A DNA stretch of 64,000 nt from Marsupella aquatica (taxonomy: Eukaryota > Plantae > Marchantiophyta): positions 11,670,830 to 11,734,829 of the forward strand of contig OZ316896.1 in NCBI GenBank assembly GCA_973895155.1. Reading direction: 5' to 3'. The notes below the pieces were generated by a model, which saw only the letters and a list, made by a program, of their open reading frames with translations, was not told the DNA's origin and did not search any database. A program made the translations under genes and the position numbers. Of this stretch, positions 11,450 through 26,600 are shown one piece after another. The number at the start of each line of letters is the position of its first letter. Position 1 is the first letter of the stretch.

Positions 11450-14023
11450 ATGTCAGGCAAGACGGAGACATTGATTACCCCGCAGCTCGGTGAGCGACAA
11501 GATGACCTCAATGTGCACAAGTTTGATGAGCTCAAACATTACGCGGTACGCGATCTGGACTGCGGAATCGTTGCCCGAGTGCACCCTCGGGCTGATGATA
11601 TTTCAAGGTTGACACACGAATGGCTCAGAGAAACGAACCAGCACACCTTGTTCGACGAAGTAACATTCCAACGATTTGTGGACATGGATTGCCCAAGGGT
11701 GCTGAGCATGACGCACCCCGATTCGCCCTTCGAAGGGACGCTCTGGATAGCAAAGCTCGTCACAATGTTTTTCGTGGCCGATGATTACCTTGAAGTGCAG
11801 GTTGGAGACCACGCACCGGAGTCGACCCCAGACTATCTCATGATTGAGTGGAACTTCATCCTCTTCTGGTCTTTCCCGGATGACTCTAATGAGTGGATCG
11901 CCAAGCTACTGGGGCTTTTCGATAAGCTGCCTGCTTACAGAAAGTCCATTGAGGAGCTCTGCCAGAAAGCTGTAGCTAAAGGACGAGAACACCCATTTGG
12001 AACACGTAAGAACTGGTCTTTCTAACGTTGCTTGTGTGTTAAAGATTGGTTATTGAGCTTAGGCTATGGCACCGAGCTTGATCAGAGAACTGAGTTATGT
12101 TTGGGAGAATACTCAGTAACAAAAAACACCCACCTAAACTGTTAATTTGCTGCTGATGATCGCTGGTGGCTTTATGAAACTTCGGCTCCCGTCGTCTCCT
12201 TTGCTGGCAAGCTCTAGCTGACGACACATTAGTACTGCAGTACTCCGTACGTAGAAATTTATCCAATCGAGTCTCCAGTATCATTTTATCGTCACCCACA
12301 GCTAGAGCCTATATCCCACTCACCCACCACTAAGAAAGTTTCTATATTTGTTCAAAAGAGCTGACTGGCATTCGGTGCCCAAATTGCTTCATTGCCGCCC
12401 GATTACTCAATGAAAAATCGCTTCGAAGGACATGAAGAAAATGCGTTCATGATTCCATTTTGTTTAATTACGATCTTGAGTTTCCCTTGAATTATTCCAT
12501 TTCCTTTGCATTTCTTAAACATTTCTACCGCCACTCCCTTCCACTCCCCAATCAAGATTTGTTAAACCATGAACTCATTCGTTGTTTTGCTTCCGTTTTC
12601 TTCTCATACTGCTGCCTTTTTCTATATCCAATCCGACCAAGTGGGTTCAGAGTGTTATAAAACGCAGGAAATCAGGTTCAATGCACGACAAGTGTTTCTA
12701 ATGATATGGATATGGCATCGTCTACGAGATATTCATGAGAACCGGTTTCCAGAGGTCATATACTTACGAACGCCTCTTACTCATTTGCTTCTTCCGTGAC
12801 TGTATTGTGCAGCTTATCCAGAACAGGTAAATCCCTGCGCGAAAGGTTTTCTGGACCTGTGGCAGGAGGCAATCACGGCGATGCCAAAGGAGTGGAGCCT
12901 GCGTCAAGGAGCCATGTACAACGATTACTTCTGTTGGCACATTCGAGAGAGTATCGACCGCAAGACTAAAAAGATTCCCACAACTGATGAGTACATAATT
13001 CATCGAACAGGCTCCGGAGGCATGCAGATGCTCTTGGTAAGACTTTAACATCAACTTAAAACTGTGCGATTACAACCACGTGCACCTACAGTATCGGGAT
13101 CACAATTGGTGATGGCAAACGTTTCATTTGACTACTTTTGGTAAATGCAAATTGCATGAGCTTTAGGCAATCAATGAGAAGCATTGCACTGTTTGCATTT
13201 TCTTCTATTCCGGGTATTTTATGACTTGATATCCAAAAAGTTAGATAGGTACACCATGCTAAATAGGAACGTCACAGAGCTCCATGCCCTTCTTGCAGGG
13301 TCCTGGTGCTGACTTCGTGGATAAGAACCTCAAAATTTCTCCTGACGAGTTGTATTTCTCGGAGAAAGTCCAGCATCTACTCATGGTTTCAAATCTGGCT
13401 TCTTGCTTCTTCAACGACATTTACTCTTTCCCAAAGGTGCTTCAGCGCTCTGCAGAGGGCCTGGAACGTACTAACTCTCTCAATTTGGTTTTAACGTGGG
13501 GCCATTGAACAGCACATTATTTCATGAAAACAGATTTTTCAAGTGTACGTAGATCGAATGTAATTCAACAGACGGAACGTTCAACGGGCCTGACGAGACG
13601 AATGGCCTTCAATTGTAATTCAGAAATGCTCAGAAATCGTTCGAGTTGTTAAGATGATTCATGTCACTATCTGCTATATTGTGTAATCTACATGTGTATA
13701 TCTGCGATGATCTGATAATGTGTACATGGTTGTGTCTGTAAGAGCTCCGGAACGGTGAATATCACAACATGGTCTTCTTGGTCAGCTACTGGCAACAATG
13801 CTCGTATAACGAAGCTGCCGAGATTGTGATGGGAATGGTGGAAGACATTAACCGAGACATAGTAGCCACGTCTGAGGAGATTACGCAGCTGGTATCTCCG
13901 GAGCAAACAAGGGCCCTTGAGCCCACTATTCAAGCCTGCATCAACTCCATTCCCGCACATAACGTGTTCCATAAAACCAGCTATCGATACTCCTTTAACA
14001 AACCGCTGATTGTTGTCGCGTAA
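11450..14023 (+). pseudogene. Microbial terpene synthase-like (MTPSL) gene, 4 exons, probably disrupted
   Basis: Exons about 11450-12005, 12813-13036, 13299-13436, 13742-14023. Motifs FFVADDYLE, NDIYSFPKE (NSE) and C-terminal RY. One-base frameshift in the A-run near 12970; exon 4 is preceded by AA instead of AG. Confidence 0.85.
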
Positions 14024-15339
14024 CACGTTAAGTCCTGAGATTCAGCTATAGTCTATCAGCTGTAGTCTAACAAACCGCGGATTGTTATCGTATAATCCAA
14101 CTTTGCTGGATATCACAGATATATCTCACAGATATTAAAGACTTCATTCAAGAATGTTTCAATGAGACACCGGTTACCTTCTGGTAGAGCAGAATCAGAT
14201 AAACTGCAGGTGCGAGAAGCGTTCAAAAGACTATATATGGCCGCCTCCAGGGGTTAGCAAGAGAACGAAGCCCCACATATCCATCAGTGACTGTAAGTTC
14301 AGTCACTATAACGAGATTATGGCCGGCTTCTTTCTTGGAACTCCACATCCCCTGTCGAGTAACGATGTTTCATCATTTGCTACATACAATTTTGAATATT
14401 TGACTCTGATGTTATGGACAGTAACAATTTTTCATCATTTTGTACATACAATTTGGAATATCTGACTCTAATGTTATGGACATCAGTGCTTACCGTTAAT
14501 GAATTTGGGTCGACTTGGAAGTTATACTTCGTGGAATGCAATTACCACCCATCCACCCATGTGTATGTGTGATATGATACCTGCGTTCATGGCCAGCTTC
14601 AGCTAATTGGGACCTCTAGCCCGGGACTAATGATGTAACGGTTTGGATGTGGAGCAGCGGTTTATTTTCATTTCCACAATTGTACGTAGAACTGTAGTAT
14701 GTTGGACCGTGAGTCTGTCTCGTGCGACCGAAAATCGACAGCAGCACCAGTCCACAAATGTCCAAGACGTTCTCGTCCGGCTCGCCACTACAGAGTTCGG
14801 CATTTTCCGAAGCATTTCTCGCGGCCGGACTGCCATAATGAAGTGCCCACAACTCATGACTTATATGGAACATGGAACTCACAAAAAAGTTGTGGGAAAC
14901 AATCTTCGTAAGGGGAGCCCACCAGGAAAATGGCTTTTCCATAAGAAGCAGGAGATCTCTCACAAAACTTGAGGGAGCCAATCACTTCAGGAGGGCATCT
15001 CAGAACTTGGTAATACAAGGAAAATGTCTTCCCATAACTCAATAGTTATGGGACCTTCCAGAAAAGTTTTGGGAACATATCTTCACTAAAGAAACTCAAA
15101 GGGAAAACGGCTTGAAGACTCAAAGACTTATCTCCCTTAGGGAAAACGGCTTGAAGACTCAAAGACTTATCTCCCTTAGGGAAAGCCCACAAACTAAACA
15201 TGTCACCAATAACTTTAACCACAGTCCATTAACTTAAGAATCTAACCAGTCTCGAAGTCATTCTGAAAGGCTTCTATCAAATATTGTTACACGACTGGAG
15301 GCTTTGTTTTGTAACGCTGCATAGTGATAATCACAAGTT

Positions 15340-15900
15340 AAACCTACATCAGTCACACAACCAGAACATAAATGGAATGGAGACACATGTTATTCAAATC
15401 ACTTGATTTGTAAATCATAAACAACAAGAACATAAACCAAGACATATGGTGTTCAAATCACTTGATTTGTAAATCATAAACATAGTGTATTGGTTTATGT
15501 TAAATCTAAGTCAGTCACACAACCAGAACATAAACGGAGACACATGTTATTCAAATCACTTGATTTGTAAATCATAAACAACAAGAACATAAACCAAGAA
15601 CACCAGGACATAAAAAGAGACACATGTTATTCAAATCACTTGATTTGTAAATCATAAACAACAAGAACTTAAACCAAGACATATGGTGTTCAAATCACTT
15701 GATTTGTAAATCATAAACATAGTGTATTGGTTTATGTTCTGGTGCACATAGCTCATTAACTTGACCTAGATTTGCATGGTAGATTTGACATGGTATTCAA
15801 ATCACTTGATTTGTAAATCATAAACATAATTTATTGGTTTATGTTCTGGTGCACATAGCTCATTAACTTGAACTAGATTTGCAGGTAAATTTGACACACG
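15340..15900. repeat. AT-rich minisatellite (core TTCAAATCACTTGATTTGTAAATCATAAACA, ~6 copies)
   Basis: Core directly repeated near 15392, 15452, 15550, 15630, 15689, 15796. Confidence 0.9.
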
Positions 15901-16136
15901 ATTTGACACACAGTCATATGATATAGGTTACCAGTGCAAAACCATTTTTGGAGTTCTTTGCTGATTCCATAGTCTCATGCCCAAGACTCATGATTTTTCC
16001 AGACCACATTTAAGTACCATAAGGGTTCTAGTCTGAATTACAACCTACTAACCCTGTGCCCATACACCATTATCCTATTCGGACATATGGTTATATTGAC
16101 CCATGCCAAAAAACAAAGGAGAACACTCTTTGTCTG

Positions 16137-16356
16137 CTCGTGGGTACCTTCTGTGACTGGAGGCTTTACTTTGTACCCAGTTGGTATTGGAGCATGTCAA
16201 GAACAAAGACAATCATTCTTTATCTGCTTAAGGGTGCCTTCCTCTCCCTCGTGGGTACCTTCTGTGACTGGAGGCTTTACTTTGTACCCAGTTGGTATTG
16301 GAGCATGTCAAGAACAAAGAAAATCATCCTTTATCTGCTTAAGGGTGCCTTCCTCT
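16137..16356. repeat. Tandem duplication of ~111 bp
   Basis: ctcgtgggtaccttctgtgactgg...aagggtgccttcct occurs twice. Confidence 0.9.
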
Positions 16357-16735
16357 TGCATGGCTACTGTAGTAAGCTTGGATGAGATCTCCATCCAAAC
16401 CTTCTGGTGCATTACTTTGGCAAAACTACAGACGCACTTTGTTTTGTAGGGTCCTTGGTACTGAAATTACACTGTTTGAGTGAAGGTCCTTAATAAGAAC
16501 TCTCGTGTCAAACATTTTAGGTTTAGGGTTTAGACAGCGACTAAGATGCTAATCGTTCAGTTGGATTGGGATGTCCACTTAGGTACCACGCCATTCCTTC
16601 TTGCCCAGTAGCATTTATTTCCAGAATTCCAAACTGTTCTGGTATACACTATGTTCTACTCTTCAGCACTTGCACACGCTTCAACATGCGGCGCAGGCAT
16701 AATTAAACGTGACATCTTACGTAATCCATGGGATC

Positions 16736-19593
16736 TCACACTAAGGGATACCCCTCATCATCATCTCGGAGAGTAGACCCTCGTAAGTGGTCCACTTTCA
16801 TCATCCTCATCAACCGAGACCTATTTGTTGGTATGGTAAGGCAATTGCCAAATTAAGAGAGTCCAAAAGTGGACATCGAATGACCTGCAAGAAACTCTTC
16901 TTGCCCAAGAAAAGTTTGCTTTTTTGAGGTTGTCCAATAGGTTGTTGCCCAGAGATGATAACTAGTTCCCAGTAAAGGAGTACCCAGGGGATTGGCAGTC
17001 CCCGTTGACAATTCAAGGATCTGCAAATTTATAATAAGATTTAAATTGGCAGGTTACTATCGTGTGAGACACCAAGCCCTACTGCACCTTCCCACAGATG
17101 TTGATCAGATAGCAAGGGTACTGTTTTCCATGTTTGAACTTTGTAATGCATTTTCGCGTCCCCGGTGTCTGCAGTACAACAGCAACGTGAGACTCGGTCT
17201 TTGGCCAAAACATGGATAACTTTAGAAAAAAAGCACGCAACCTGTGCAGCATGTTATAAGGACAGTGTACCCTGTTGACGATCTTCAACGCAAATGGATG
17301 CCACGTGGGCTGGGCCAGGCTGGAAAAGCACAAATTTCCAGTTAGTGGCAGGGCTTGCACGTTCAGCTGCTCGTCCAGAAAGGTCCAGCATGATGGACTT
17401 GGCCTGTGGAAGAGAAATAAAATCTGTGTTACGCAATCGAGCTCTACCTCAGTCAATAGTCCATAATTTCTTCAATAGTGTTGTCCTTGTTATTGTCAAA
17501 CTGGACAGGGTAGATGGAACCATTAATTATCAGTTTTATATGGTCTTAAACCTGAACTGCTAGCTCCGAAAAGCAAGATTTCAAAAAATAGCAGCAATCC
17601 ATCAAACAGATCTCGCTTAGTATGATGGTATTCTGAGTAGGACCTGTGGATCTGCTGGCAAGTGTATAACTTTCCTCAGAAGCTCATGGGCAACAGGTGA
17701 CGGCTTCAGGTGAAATGAGAAGTCTTTGAATGGAAGGGCACTTATCCCCTTCCCTACAGCCTTCACATAGGCCTCCTGCTAACCTCAACAGAATGCCAGA
17801 ACTCCCAAATGACGTCAGCTCAGCAACACAAAAACTTTTTCTCCGTAATGCGGACATGACTGCATTGACTGGGGTACTCTCTCTTGATATGATCTTCACT
17901 TTTCATATCACACAACTAAAATGGTTACTTTACGATTCACATCACGAAAACCTTTCAGTGATTTTAGAACTAAACAATTCGATTCAAACACAACAAACAG
18001 ACTTCCGACATAACTCACACACAGTCGTGCACTCTGCCTGCAGTGCTCCCAAACCTACATGTGGCTGGCTGGGTAGATAGTTATGACAAGGTACATGACA
18101 TGACAGGAATATCCAAAGAGTCCGGAAAAGGAATAATTCAGCACTTGTGTGGCACACATAGGGTCTTCAGATGACCTACCTTAAGAGTCCAGAGTCGCAT
18201 AAACTGCTGGTGCTGCTCTTCAGAGTCTGCGAAACTTTGCAGCCAATCTGCCTCCTCTGAAGAGAACCTGCTTCGCGCCAATTTGATTAGGTTTGAGGTA
18301 AGCTTGCGGTTCCTCTCCTCAACATCAATCCCAATCTACAACACCGAAGCGTGCCTGTAAGCTGACCATTGACACTTGAAACAATTACTCGTCCATTCAA
18401 AGCAGTTCACAGCTTCATACAGAAGCAGAGCGCGGGAGGATGTTCAAAACTTGGCCCTGCCACAGGACATGGTGATCGATACTGCTTTACCCTCCCAACA
18501 AATACATAACAACGGTTTACAAAACAAAAGGAATCAAGCCAATAACACTTGTCCAATAAGGCAGCTTGAACATGTCCTTGGCTATTTTGAAAGACATTGT
18601 CGAAGCAAGCAACAGCCTAGTTCTACTTCAAATATGAGTGATTAGTTCTTGTCTACAGATGTGCGACACATCAAACGAAATGTAAGGTCTGCGTGATCTT
18701 ACAGCTGAGTCTAGAGTAACACCGCAAGCAATTAAAGAGTCTGTATGAGAAAGATTGAAGCAAAGGTTTGGTGGCCTCCATAACTCTCCTTTCGTGTTTA
18801 ACATAGGCCATATCACCTGTCGTCCAAAAGTTTTCATACACACAAAGTAATGTATCAAAAACGTATTCGTTCTCAACCGCCTTGTTCCGATGATGCATTA
18901 CAATCCACAAACCTAACATAAGGTAGTCTGCGAAAACAAGTTGCAATTCACAATTCAAACGAACCAGCCAGAAGCAATGGAGATTTTACCCGTGGTTTTC
19001 CAAAGCTATTTTTCTTAAACCTTAGTGATGAAGGGGTTACATGGCCACACGCATCTGCACATACATAAATATAAGAATACGTTTCAGCTCGTGACAGTTC
19101 CCAAAAGAACCAAACATGTCGCACAACTTTAACACACACTGGGGAGCGAAGTCCAAACTCACGTTACAGAACATACATCTAGCCAGCGTGGTGCGCACTA
19201 GGGTACGAGCCAAAAGGCGCCCTGTTTGCATCTTTTGTGTTCTGGCTTTGGTCACATCCAACTCCTCCTCGGAGCACAAAAGCTTCCCATAACTCTTCAG
19301 CAGACTCACGTCCACTTCTTCAGGAAATATACACCAAAAATGTGCTTCTCTGGAAGCAAAATTCAACCATAATGTTTTTAAGTAACGTGCCACCACTAGC
19401 TCCAGAGTCCTCTTCGAAAGATACAGCATAACAGCGTTTACGCAAATGAATATTACACGGATCTGAATTTTTCGGGTTTAAATTGACATTCTTGAACGAG
19501 GTTTGAATAAAAAACGCTGTGGAAAGAGGAGAGTTACCGTAGCGCAGGAGGTGGCCGCAGCATCTGTGCAGTAAACGTCGGAAGAGATCCCAT
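16736..19593 (-). CDS. Sfp/HetI-type 4'-phosphopantetheinyl transferase, multi-exon
   Basis: Spliced pieces: MGSLPTF...ALR / EAHFWCIFPEEV...LLARTLVRTTLAR / LCFNLSHTDSLIACGVT / IGIDVEE...FMRLWTLK (18180-18335) / EAYVKAVGKGIS / NWKFVLFQPGPAHVASICVE. The 3' end is uncertain. Confidence 0.9.
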
Positions 19594-22294
19594 CAAGAGC
19601 TGCCTGCTGCAAAGGAGGTCAAATCGCAACACCTCAACAGGATAAATAAGGACCGGCTTCCAAACGCAAGCAGACTACAATCCCGAAACAGCCCCCCGAC
19701 AGATTAGCCTTCAGAATACCAAAAACCACAATCTCAAGCTCGCCCCCTTTGACAGCAAGCCACCCAACACTCCCCGAACCGATCACTCAATCGATCGCAT
19801 GCCACCTATAACCTCAACAGCACGGGAGCGATCGATTTCCGCATCAGGCGATAGATACTGCAACAACGCCTCGCCCCGCCTGGGTTTACCCGATCACCTG
19901 GCCTCGGCGAAAACGAAGATGTTGGACAGAATTGTACCAGACACTACCGATCAAACCATTATGCAAACAACAATCCCCTGTTGATTTGCAGAGAAATCAT
20001 TTTTAGAATAACAGTGCTATGTGGATTGGATTGAAGTGTCTAGTGATACGCCAATCTTTCAATAATTATATTGATAGGTTAGTGATACTTCAATTTTTCA
20101 AGAATTGGATGGATGGATGCACCCACATGGAGAAGCATTTGATCCAAAGTTGAACCCAGAATTTATTGAAGACTGGTTTGATGACAATCTTACATGGGTA
20201 GTGTCATCTGCCATTTAGTTATGTCAACCAAGAACGAGCATGACAATTACACTAGACAAATGTGTGATGATTATGGAACATATTATTGTAAGACAAAATC
20301 TGATCTAAAATACCATACCCACACCACATATTATGGGGCATGCAAGATCATCTTTTACCATATTGGACAATGTTCTCTTTTCATTACAAAAACGTCTTTC
20401 ATGACAAAAAACATTGTCTACTTTAGGTCCAAAGAACATTGAGATTAATTTCTGCCAAATAGGGCCTATGTCTCAAAGCAGTTTTAGTATGAACACGCAA
20501 AAATACATCAATTTTTTTATACCATCCTACATATTTGCAATAATTTGCACATGAGAATATATAACTAAACTGCAAAGATTAATTATAAGATCAGAGCTTT
20601 AAAAGAAGGGCCCCATTTCACTGGTTTGGCAAAGCTTGACATCAACCACTATAATAAGGTATCCCACCAAAATTCTTCCCGTGGTCTGTTCACAAACTTG
20701 AAAAAGGAGGGAATAAGACTGCAAGCTTTACAGGCTATTCTCTCTCCTGAATTGACTGAAAGGAGTGCTCAAGGAGATATACTCTCCCCGATACACTCTT
20801 GTACAATAGGGGTACAAGATACATGTGTTCACAGGCCAGTACTGCACACAAAGTATTTTTTCTTGCCGGGAGTGAGTAATGAGGGGAACTACATTGGGAT
20901 GAGAGGCTGTTGCCGTTTTGCTCTAGAGGAGCGCTTAAAATTTGTTTGGGGTTAATTTTGTTCTCTAGCTCCACCCTAAGTTTTTCTTCTCTTTTTTTAA
21001 TACCGTTGAAGGCAAGAAAGGGCGGGGAGAAAGGAAGAGTGGGAGGAGAGAAAGGGAGGTGTGGGGGAGGGGAAGAAAGAGATAACAGGGGAGAGATCTA
21101 CTCCCTCATCTATTTTCTAGAGTGAAGCCTCAACTACTACTTGGGCTATTGTGTAGAGTGAAGACTCTAGAGAGGATGATAGACATAAGGACTAAAAGGG
21201 TTGCAACAAAACACAGGGGATGGGGGCAAAGATCAAGAGGAAATAGCATGGGATCCTTTTACTGATCAAGGTTTTTTCCACGCATCTCCATTTACGTCAA
21301 GGTATACCCAGGCTACCTTAGTATACTCAAGACATGTGATAAGTGCACATACACTCACAGATAACCTGAGTCTTTCTGTTGCCTGGAACACTTACTGGTA
21401 AATGTCTTTGACTGCTAAGAGGTCTCCACTAATACACTGACGTTTTTGTCATCTAGTGGAGACCTCTCAATTGTGAGTATAACAAGATCAGGGCAATGAG
21501 TCTTGCTTAAACATATTTTTGCACTTATGGAGGGTGCAATTAGGCAGACTTGCCCCAGGGGAGTTTTGCGGATGCCCAAGTTTGGTACAGGCAGACTTGG
21601 CCCAAAAATGTGCACGACACCCTCAGGCTAGCCCGCACACTCCTGCCGCAGAGTTTCTCTATTCCCAGGAACAGACTTCGGCGGATTGGTCACCATGGGC
21701 CAAGTTTGAACTCACAAACCAGGGTCTTGTTTACTCACTCTTCTCTGTATGCTGAGGGCTTTCTCGTGCTAAACGGACACCATCACGACTAGTTCCTCCA
21801 CCCAGTAGTGTCACACGTATGAGCCTAAAATAATTGAGGTGCAAAAATTCCATACTGCCATTAAACTTGCATGCGGCCCTCATCACTGGCAATGGTAACC
21901 TCCCCGGGAACACCTACGCTTTCCCCATATTTGAGACCCTCTTGAACAAACAAATGAAAGTGGAATTTTCTAGGACGAGGGAACTACCTCTTCCTCATAC
22001 GGTACGGGTCTATTCATTGCAAATGCAGGAGTTCCACAATAGGATTACATCAAAACATCATTTCTGATCAATGTGAATCATTCAAGAATTGGTGAAATCT
22101 GAGCATTTTGCAGTACTTGCTGGGCAGATATCGAAATCAAATATGTTACTGACTGTCCTTCCTTTTGACAGTAACGAACCAGATCAAGCCGATATCATGA
22201 TACCACTTCCAAGGGTGCCTACGTGAATAGAACTCTTCGACAGTAGAAGGGCAGTAAAACCCTTCCGGTAGGTACCAACCCACACTAGATCCTC

Positions 22295-22623
22295 TCATTG
22301 AAGTAAGTAGCCTGCAAGGAAGAGAGCAAAGAAAAAGACTAGGCTACCATATATCAGCAGACTCTTCTGGCTCTCCGTCATGGCATTCCCACCCAAGCCA
22401 TAATTTTGATTTTGGACAAATCCCGCAACCTCAACACCCTTGCTTTGGAAGTATGATTGAGCAGCACCACAGGTTGGACACCTCCAATCAGTTGGCAGGT
22501 CCGAGAATACAACGCCCCCAGGAATTGGATAGTTAGGATCTCCTTTCTTCGAGTCGTACACATAACCACAAGAGCGGCATTCATTCTTGCCACTGTTGAT
22601 CACCAAATACCTCTCTTCCAGAC
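22295..22623 (-). CDS. RBD1: RBD1/RubA-type rubredoxin exon with C-terminal TM helix
   Basis: LEERYLVINSGKNECRSCGYVYD...WRCPTCGA...GLGGN...LIYGSLVFFFALFLAGYLLQ*. TAG acceptor at 22624-22626. Confidence 0.92.
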
Positions 22624-23608
22624 CTATCGTCGTGAATCACATCCAACAACACACTATTATTCTGTGAACACGGAACGAACGATATTCAAAGAGACAGAAA
22701 CTAACTCCAAGAAATTCATCACCCATTTGCGCTAGAGTATGTGCTAGGAGAAGTGCATCGGGTGCCAATCATTCTGTAACCCGCGAACTATGCCGACGTA
22801 GGGGGCTTCGTTCTAGCTATCGACAATCAGCTCACAGCTACAAGAAAAACTCCAAAGAACTACGTGAGTATGAGCTTAATGAAAGCGACTTCATTTGTGC
22901 AGAACTGTTCAAGAAAGCCTGTTACTTCTCGTTCCAATGTTCCCATGGCCCTTAACAATTTCGTAGATTCGGATGTAATATGTTCGGAATATATTGAGAG
23001 CGTCCCTAGATCCGACATTTTTCGGAAGCTTACGGATAAGCATCATCTTTATGATGAACACCACTGACTAGATCGTAGTTTTGGTGAGGACTCTAGATCT
23101 AGACATGAGTTTCATTAACTCTTTGCGATTCGAAGACAAGCTAGTTTGCCGATGGGCATTCAGTTCGATTGCATCCCATTTCTCCCCTCTCTGCATCTAC
23201 TGCGCGAGAATCCCATGCTGAGGTACCATAACTGAGATTCCGCACAAATCAAGACAAAATCTACTGAAATGAAACCCGCTACTCTTCCGTGCTACGCTGT
23301 GCTGTCCCACGATGACCACTTAGAGCTTTTAAACTGCACTGGTTCCATTCATCATCCTCGCTTCTACTTTTCCATCAAAGCAGGCACGTGGGCGGAGCGA
23401 GAGGGTACCGTAAGCCTAGCCTCACGTAGACAAGCACAGCGCGCCCCGGAAGTCTCATGACGCAGGATGCTCCAGAAGTCAGACACGTGAAGACCCCCCT
23501 AATGCTTAATTTCTGCGCAAGTGCCACAATTTTCTACATAGCTCCCCCACCCCCTCCCTCCCCCTCACTTGAAGCAGCCAGTAACTCCCTGCTGCTGCAG
23601 ACACTCAC

Positions 23609-26600
23609 CTTGGCGAGAATCCAGGTTCTTTTGAAGATCTGCGGTCGCTTCCTTGATCAGCTCGTCCTCGGTCTTAGATGCAGGAACAAATTTCTCTGCC
23701 TTTGGTGCCACATCATCCACAGAAATTCCCTGCAAGACACAAGCACTAATGATTACTCTTCCAAACTACGACTGGCTCCACGACAAGCCTTATGCGATGA
23801 CACATGTACCAAGGACAAGTTTGCTTAAAGTGTTTAGGCATTCTAGACATGGACAACTGGCACACACTAGAAATGGACTGGACAAGTCTGAAGTTCCGGT
23901 AATCAACTCTATCAGACATACTTACAATATCGAAGCATGTCCTAAGTAGTTTCCACCACTGATTGTTCCCAATCTGTACTAAATTACAGAGAGTTACAAC
24001 AGCGTGTGAGGCATACTAGGCAGCCAATATACTTATCCGATATTCTTATCACCGCACTTTTCATAATAGATCCAGAAATACCTCAGGACTCCTGGCCATT
24101 TGTACTGACTTCCTACTTCCTGGCACTAGCATGACATCCAAAAAGGTGATCCAGATCAAATTATATGCAAACAGAACTATCTTCTGTGAGATACCTGTGG
24201 AGGATCAAACTTAGTACCAAGCTCACTCAGCTTCTTATGAGCCGCGGCATAATCCGCGAAAAATGCATCTTGATTCTCAGCATATATATCGGTATACACC
24301 TGCAACAAGGAGAGTTCCAGATTAGCAACTGCTTTCTCAGAACGAAAATCTTTCATTGACGAGAAAATTTTCACCATAGGTCAGACCACCAGGCACCCTC
24401 ACAAGAATTCGAAATCAAACAGCTGCTCGGAAAAATCTCAAATTGTTTACTTCATTCGTTGTAGTATTTCTACGCCTGATCCGTTACAAGGATAGAAATA
24501 GGTAGTACCTTGAACTCCGGATCCTCGGTGAGAATCTTATCCGTGGGAAGTACCAGCAAATCCTCATCGGCCTGTGCCTTAATGTCCTGCACAAATTCAT
24601 GAAATTGCTATCTTACTAATGGCTAGATATCTTGTGCAGAAGCATATCCGTCCCGGAGGAATGAGGAAACTGAACAATAGTTATGTCCATTCAACTAAGA
24701 CATTGATTAGGTGCTTCTAACCTTGAAGTATGAGTTGTCAAACTTCAGCCATTCCACTGTCCATGATTGACCACCAGGGTTCCCAATGTCTTTGTCTTTG
24801 GGGTTCTGCACAGCATTAAACAATGTGTAGAATAATTAGGACATCCGGTTTGTCATACATGAGACAATATCCTTTACCTGTTCACATTTCTATTGAGGCA
24901 AGATTGTGCTGTAGACCATCATACATAGAGCCTCGTATTGTCTGAGAGAATGCGAATTGAATTTCACCTTCATCCGAAGATGGATTCATTTTTGGTCACG
25001 AATCTCTGCTTGCAGCGAATCACCGTCTCATGAAATAACAACAATATAAATAACCTAAAACCTGTCACAAGTTAGGCCATACCGTGTACTTTGTTTCCTT
25101 TTTCCCGAAGCCACTACGCTCAGGTCGTGAGCGACCGATGGTGTGAGCCCCAGACAAGGCTACGATTTCCTGTAACAAACCAAAGCCAGCACTGAATACA
25201 TTGAAATGCAAGCCAACCAGCTTGACCCTCATACCACGATCTAGCCTACTTCATTAGCTCTCATGCCCTTTTGTAGTATCTGGAAACCGTATGACGATAA
25301 ACCAGGATTTTTGTAACCAGAATTATCTCGTAATCGCACCAGACCAGCGACAAGTTTTCCGACAAGTTCAAGCGTCCCAATATATGCAGATGATCAGATG
25401 GATAGGGCTCAAATCATATAAGTACAGTCGGTCTGCTTGTCAGTTCTTCAAATCCCTGTAGTTGGAAATAATCTTATGGTGTGAGAAGCAGCTTCACTCA
25501 GAATGACTCACCGTCAAGAGGCCACGATTGGGCTGGTGTTGCTTTACCTTATCATTAAGACCCATACGATAGAAGACTTGGCGAAGATGGTCAGCTGGCT
25601 TGGGAGGATCAGCAGCTGCGGATATGCAAACATAAAATTAGTAAGGAAGCCACTTAAGGTCATATGCCCTCTGCTGCCAAGGATGCAATTGCAGACGACA
25701 AATGACTACTCCACTAATTCAGAATTATTTGGTACTAATTCAGAATTATTTGGTGGAGAAATGGTTCTCATGGGGGTAAAAGGTTTACCCTTACTCCAAT
25801 CAAATATGCATTCAACCATACGCTAAACCACTTCGACGGATGGGTTTGAAGTAAGGCATACGAAATGATAGATTGTAGTGATCTTTGAATGTGAACTACA
25901 CTTGCACTTTTCTGGTCTTTAAGTTCACGCTGTTTTTAGAGATAAAGAAAGCCATGAACTGTTACAACAAACAAAATTCGGCATTGGTCTGGCATGCCTA
26001 TAGCTCAAACCATCGATCTCATGGATTGCAGAGGCCGCGAACCTGGTAGATTTCCTTCAACACAACATTCTTCTTCAGTTTTTGTGTCGACCCGGCCATA
26101 CTTCATTGGAATCTTGGGACCACCAGCATCCTGAAAATAATGAATTTTGGCATCCATAGGAAGTATAAGTATGCATCCACAGCAGTGAAGAAACCCTAGT
26201 CCACACAGATTCAAACACACTGAGCTGACTCCAAGGTGCTGGAAACACTTCTGGGAGAAACTTCTAAAGGAATAGATGTGTACTCCGTAAGTGATTGTCA
26301 CGGTGGCCTTGATGCGCTCTATAAGGGCAGCCAGTGAAATTTTATGTTCATCTATATTCTTTTAAGTTTTCCTTCTTCTTTTTGGGGGGTGAGGGGTGAG
26401 GGGGAGCCAGTCAGGTATGCAACTAGTAACGAACTATACACAACTCAGAAGGCCGACTGTCGAAGGGAAATTTAAGAACATGAAGAAACAAACCTCAATA
26501 GCAGTGGCACTGGCAAGCTGGAATAGATCAGCATAAGATACGCCGGGAAATTTTTCTTTGATTGGCTCGAGAAGTTTCACACCGTCGACAAGACCTGGGC

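Noticed and set aside
11450-19593. Terpene synthase plus PPTase as a biosynthetic gene cluster
   Set aside because: PPTases serve carrier-protein pathways; no PKS, NRPS or P450 is present, so adjacency is probably incidental.
20620-22070. Possible solo LTR or TE between the PPTase and rubredoxin
   Set aside because: Composition is TE-like, but I could not find matching termini with a TSD.
22864-23240. Independent first exon for the rubredoxin
   Set aside because: Short minus-strand frames here do not look like a transit peptide and I found no phase-compatible donor; only transcripts can fully exclude it.
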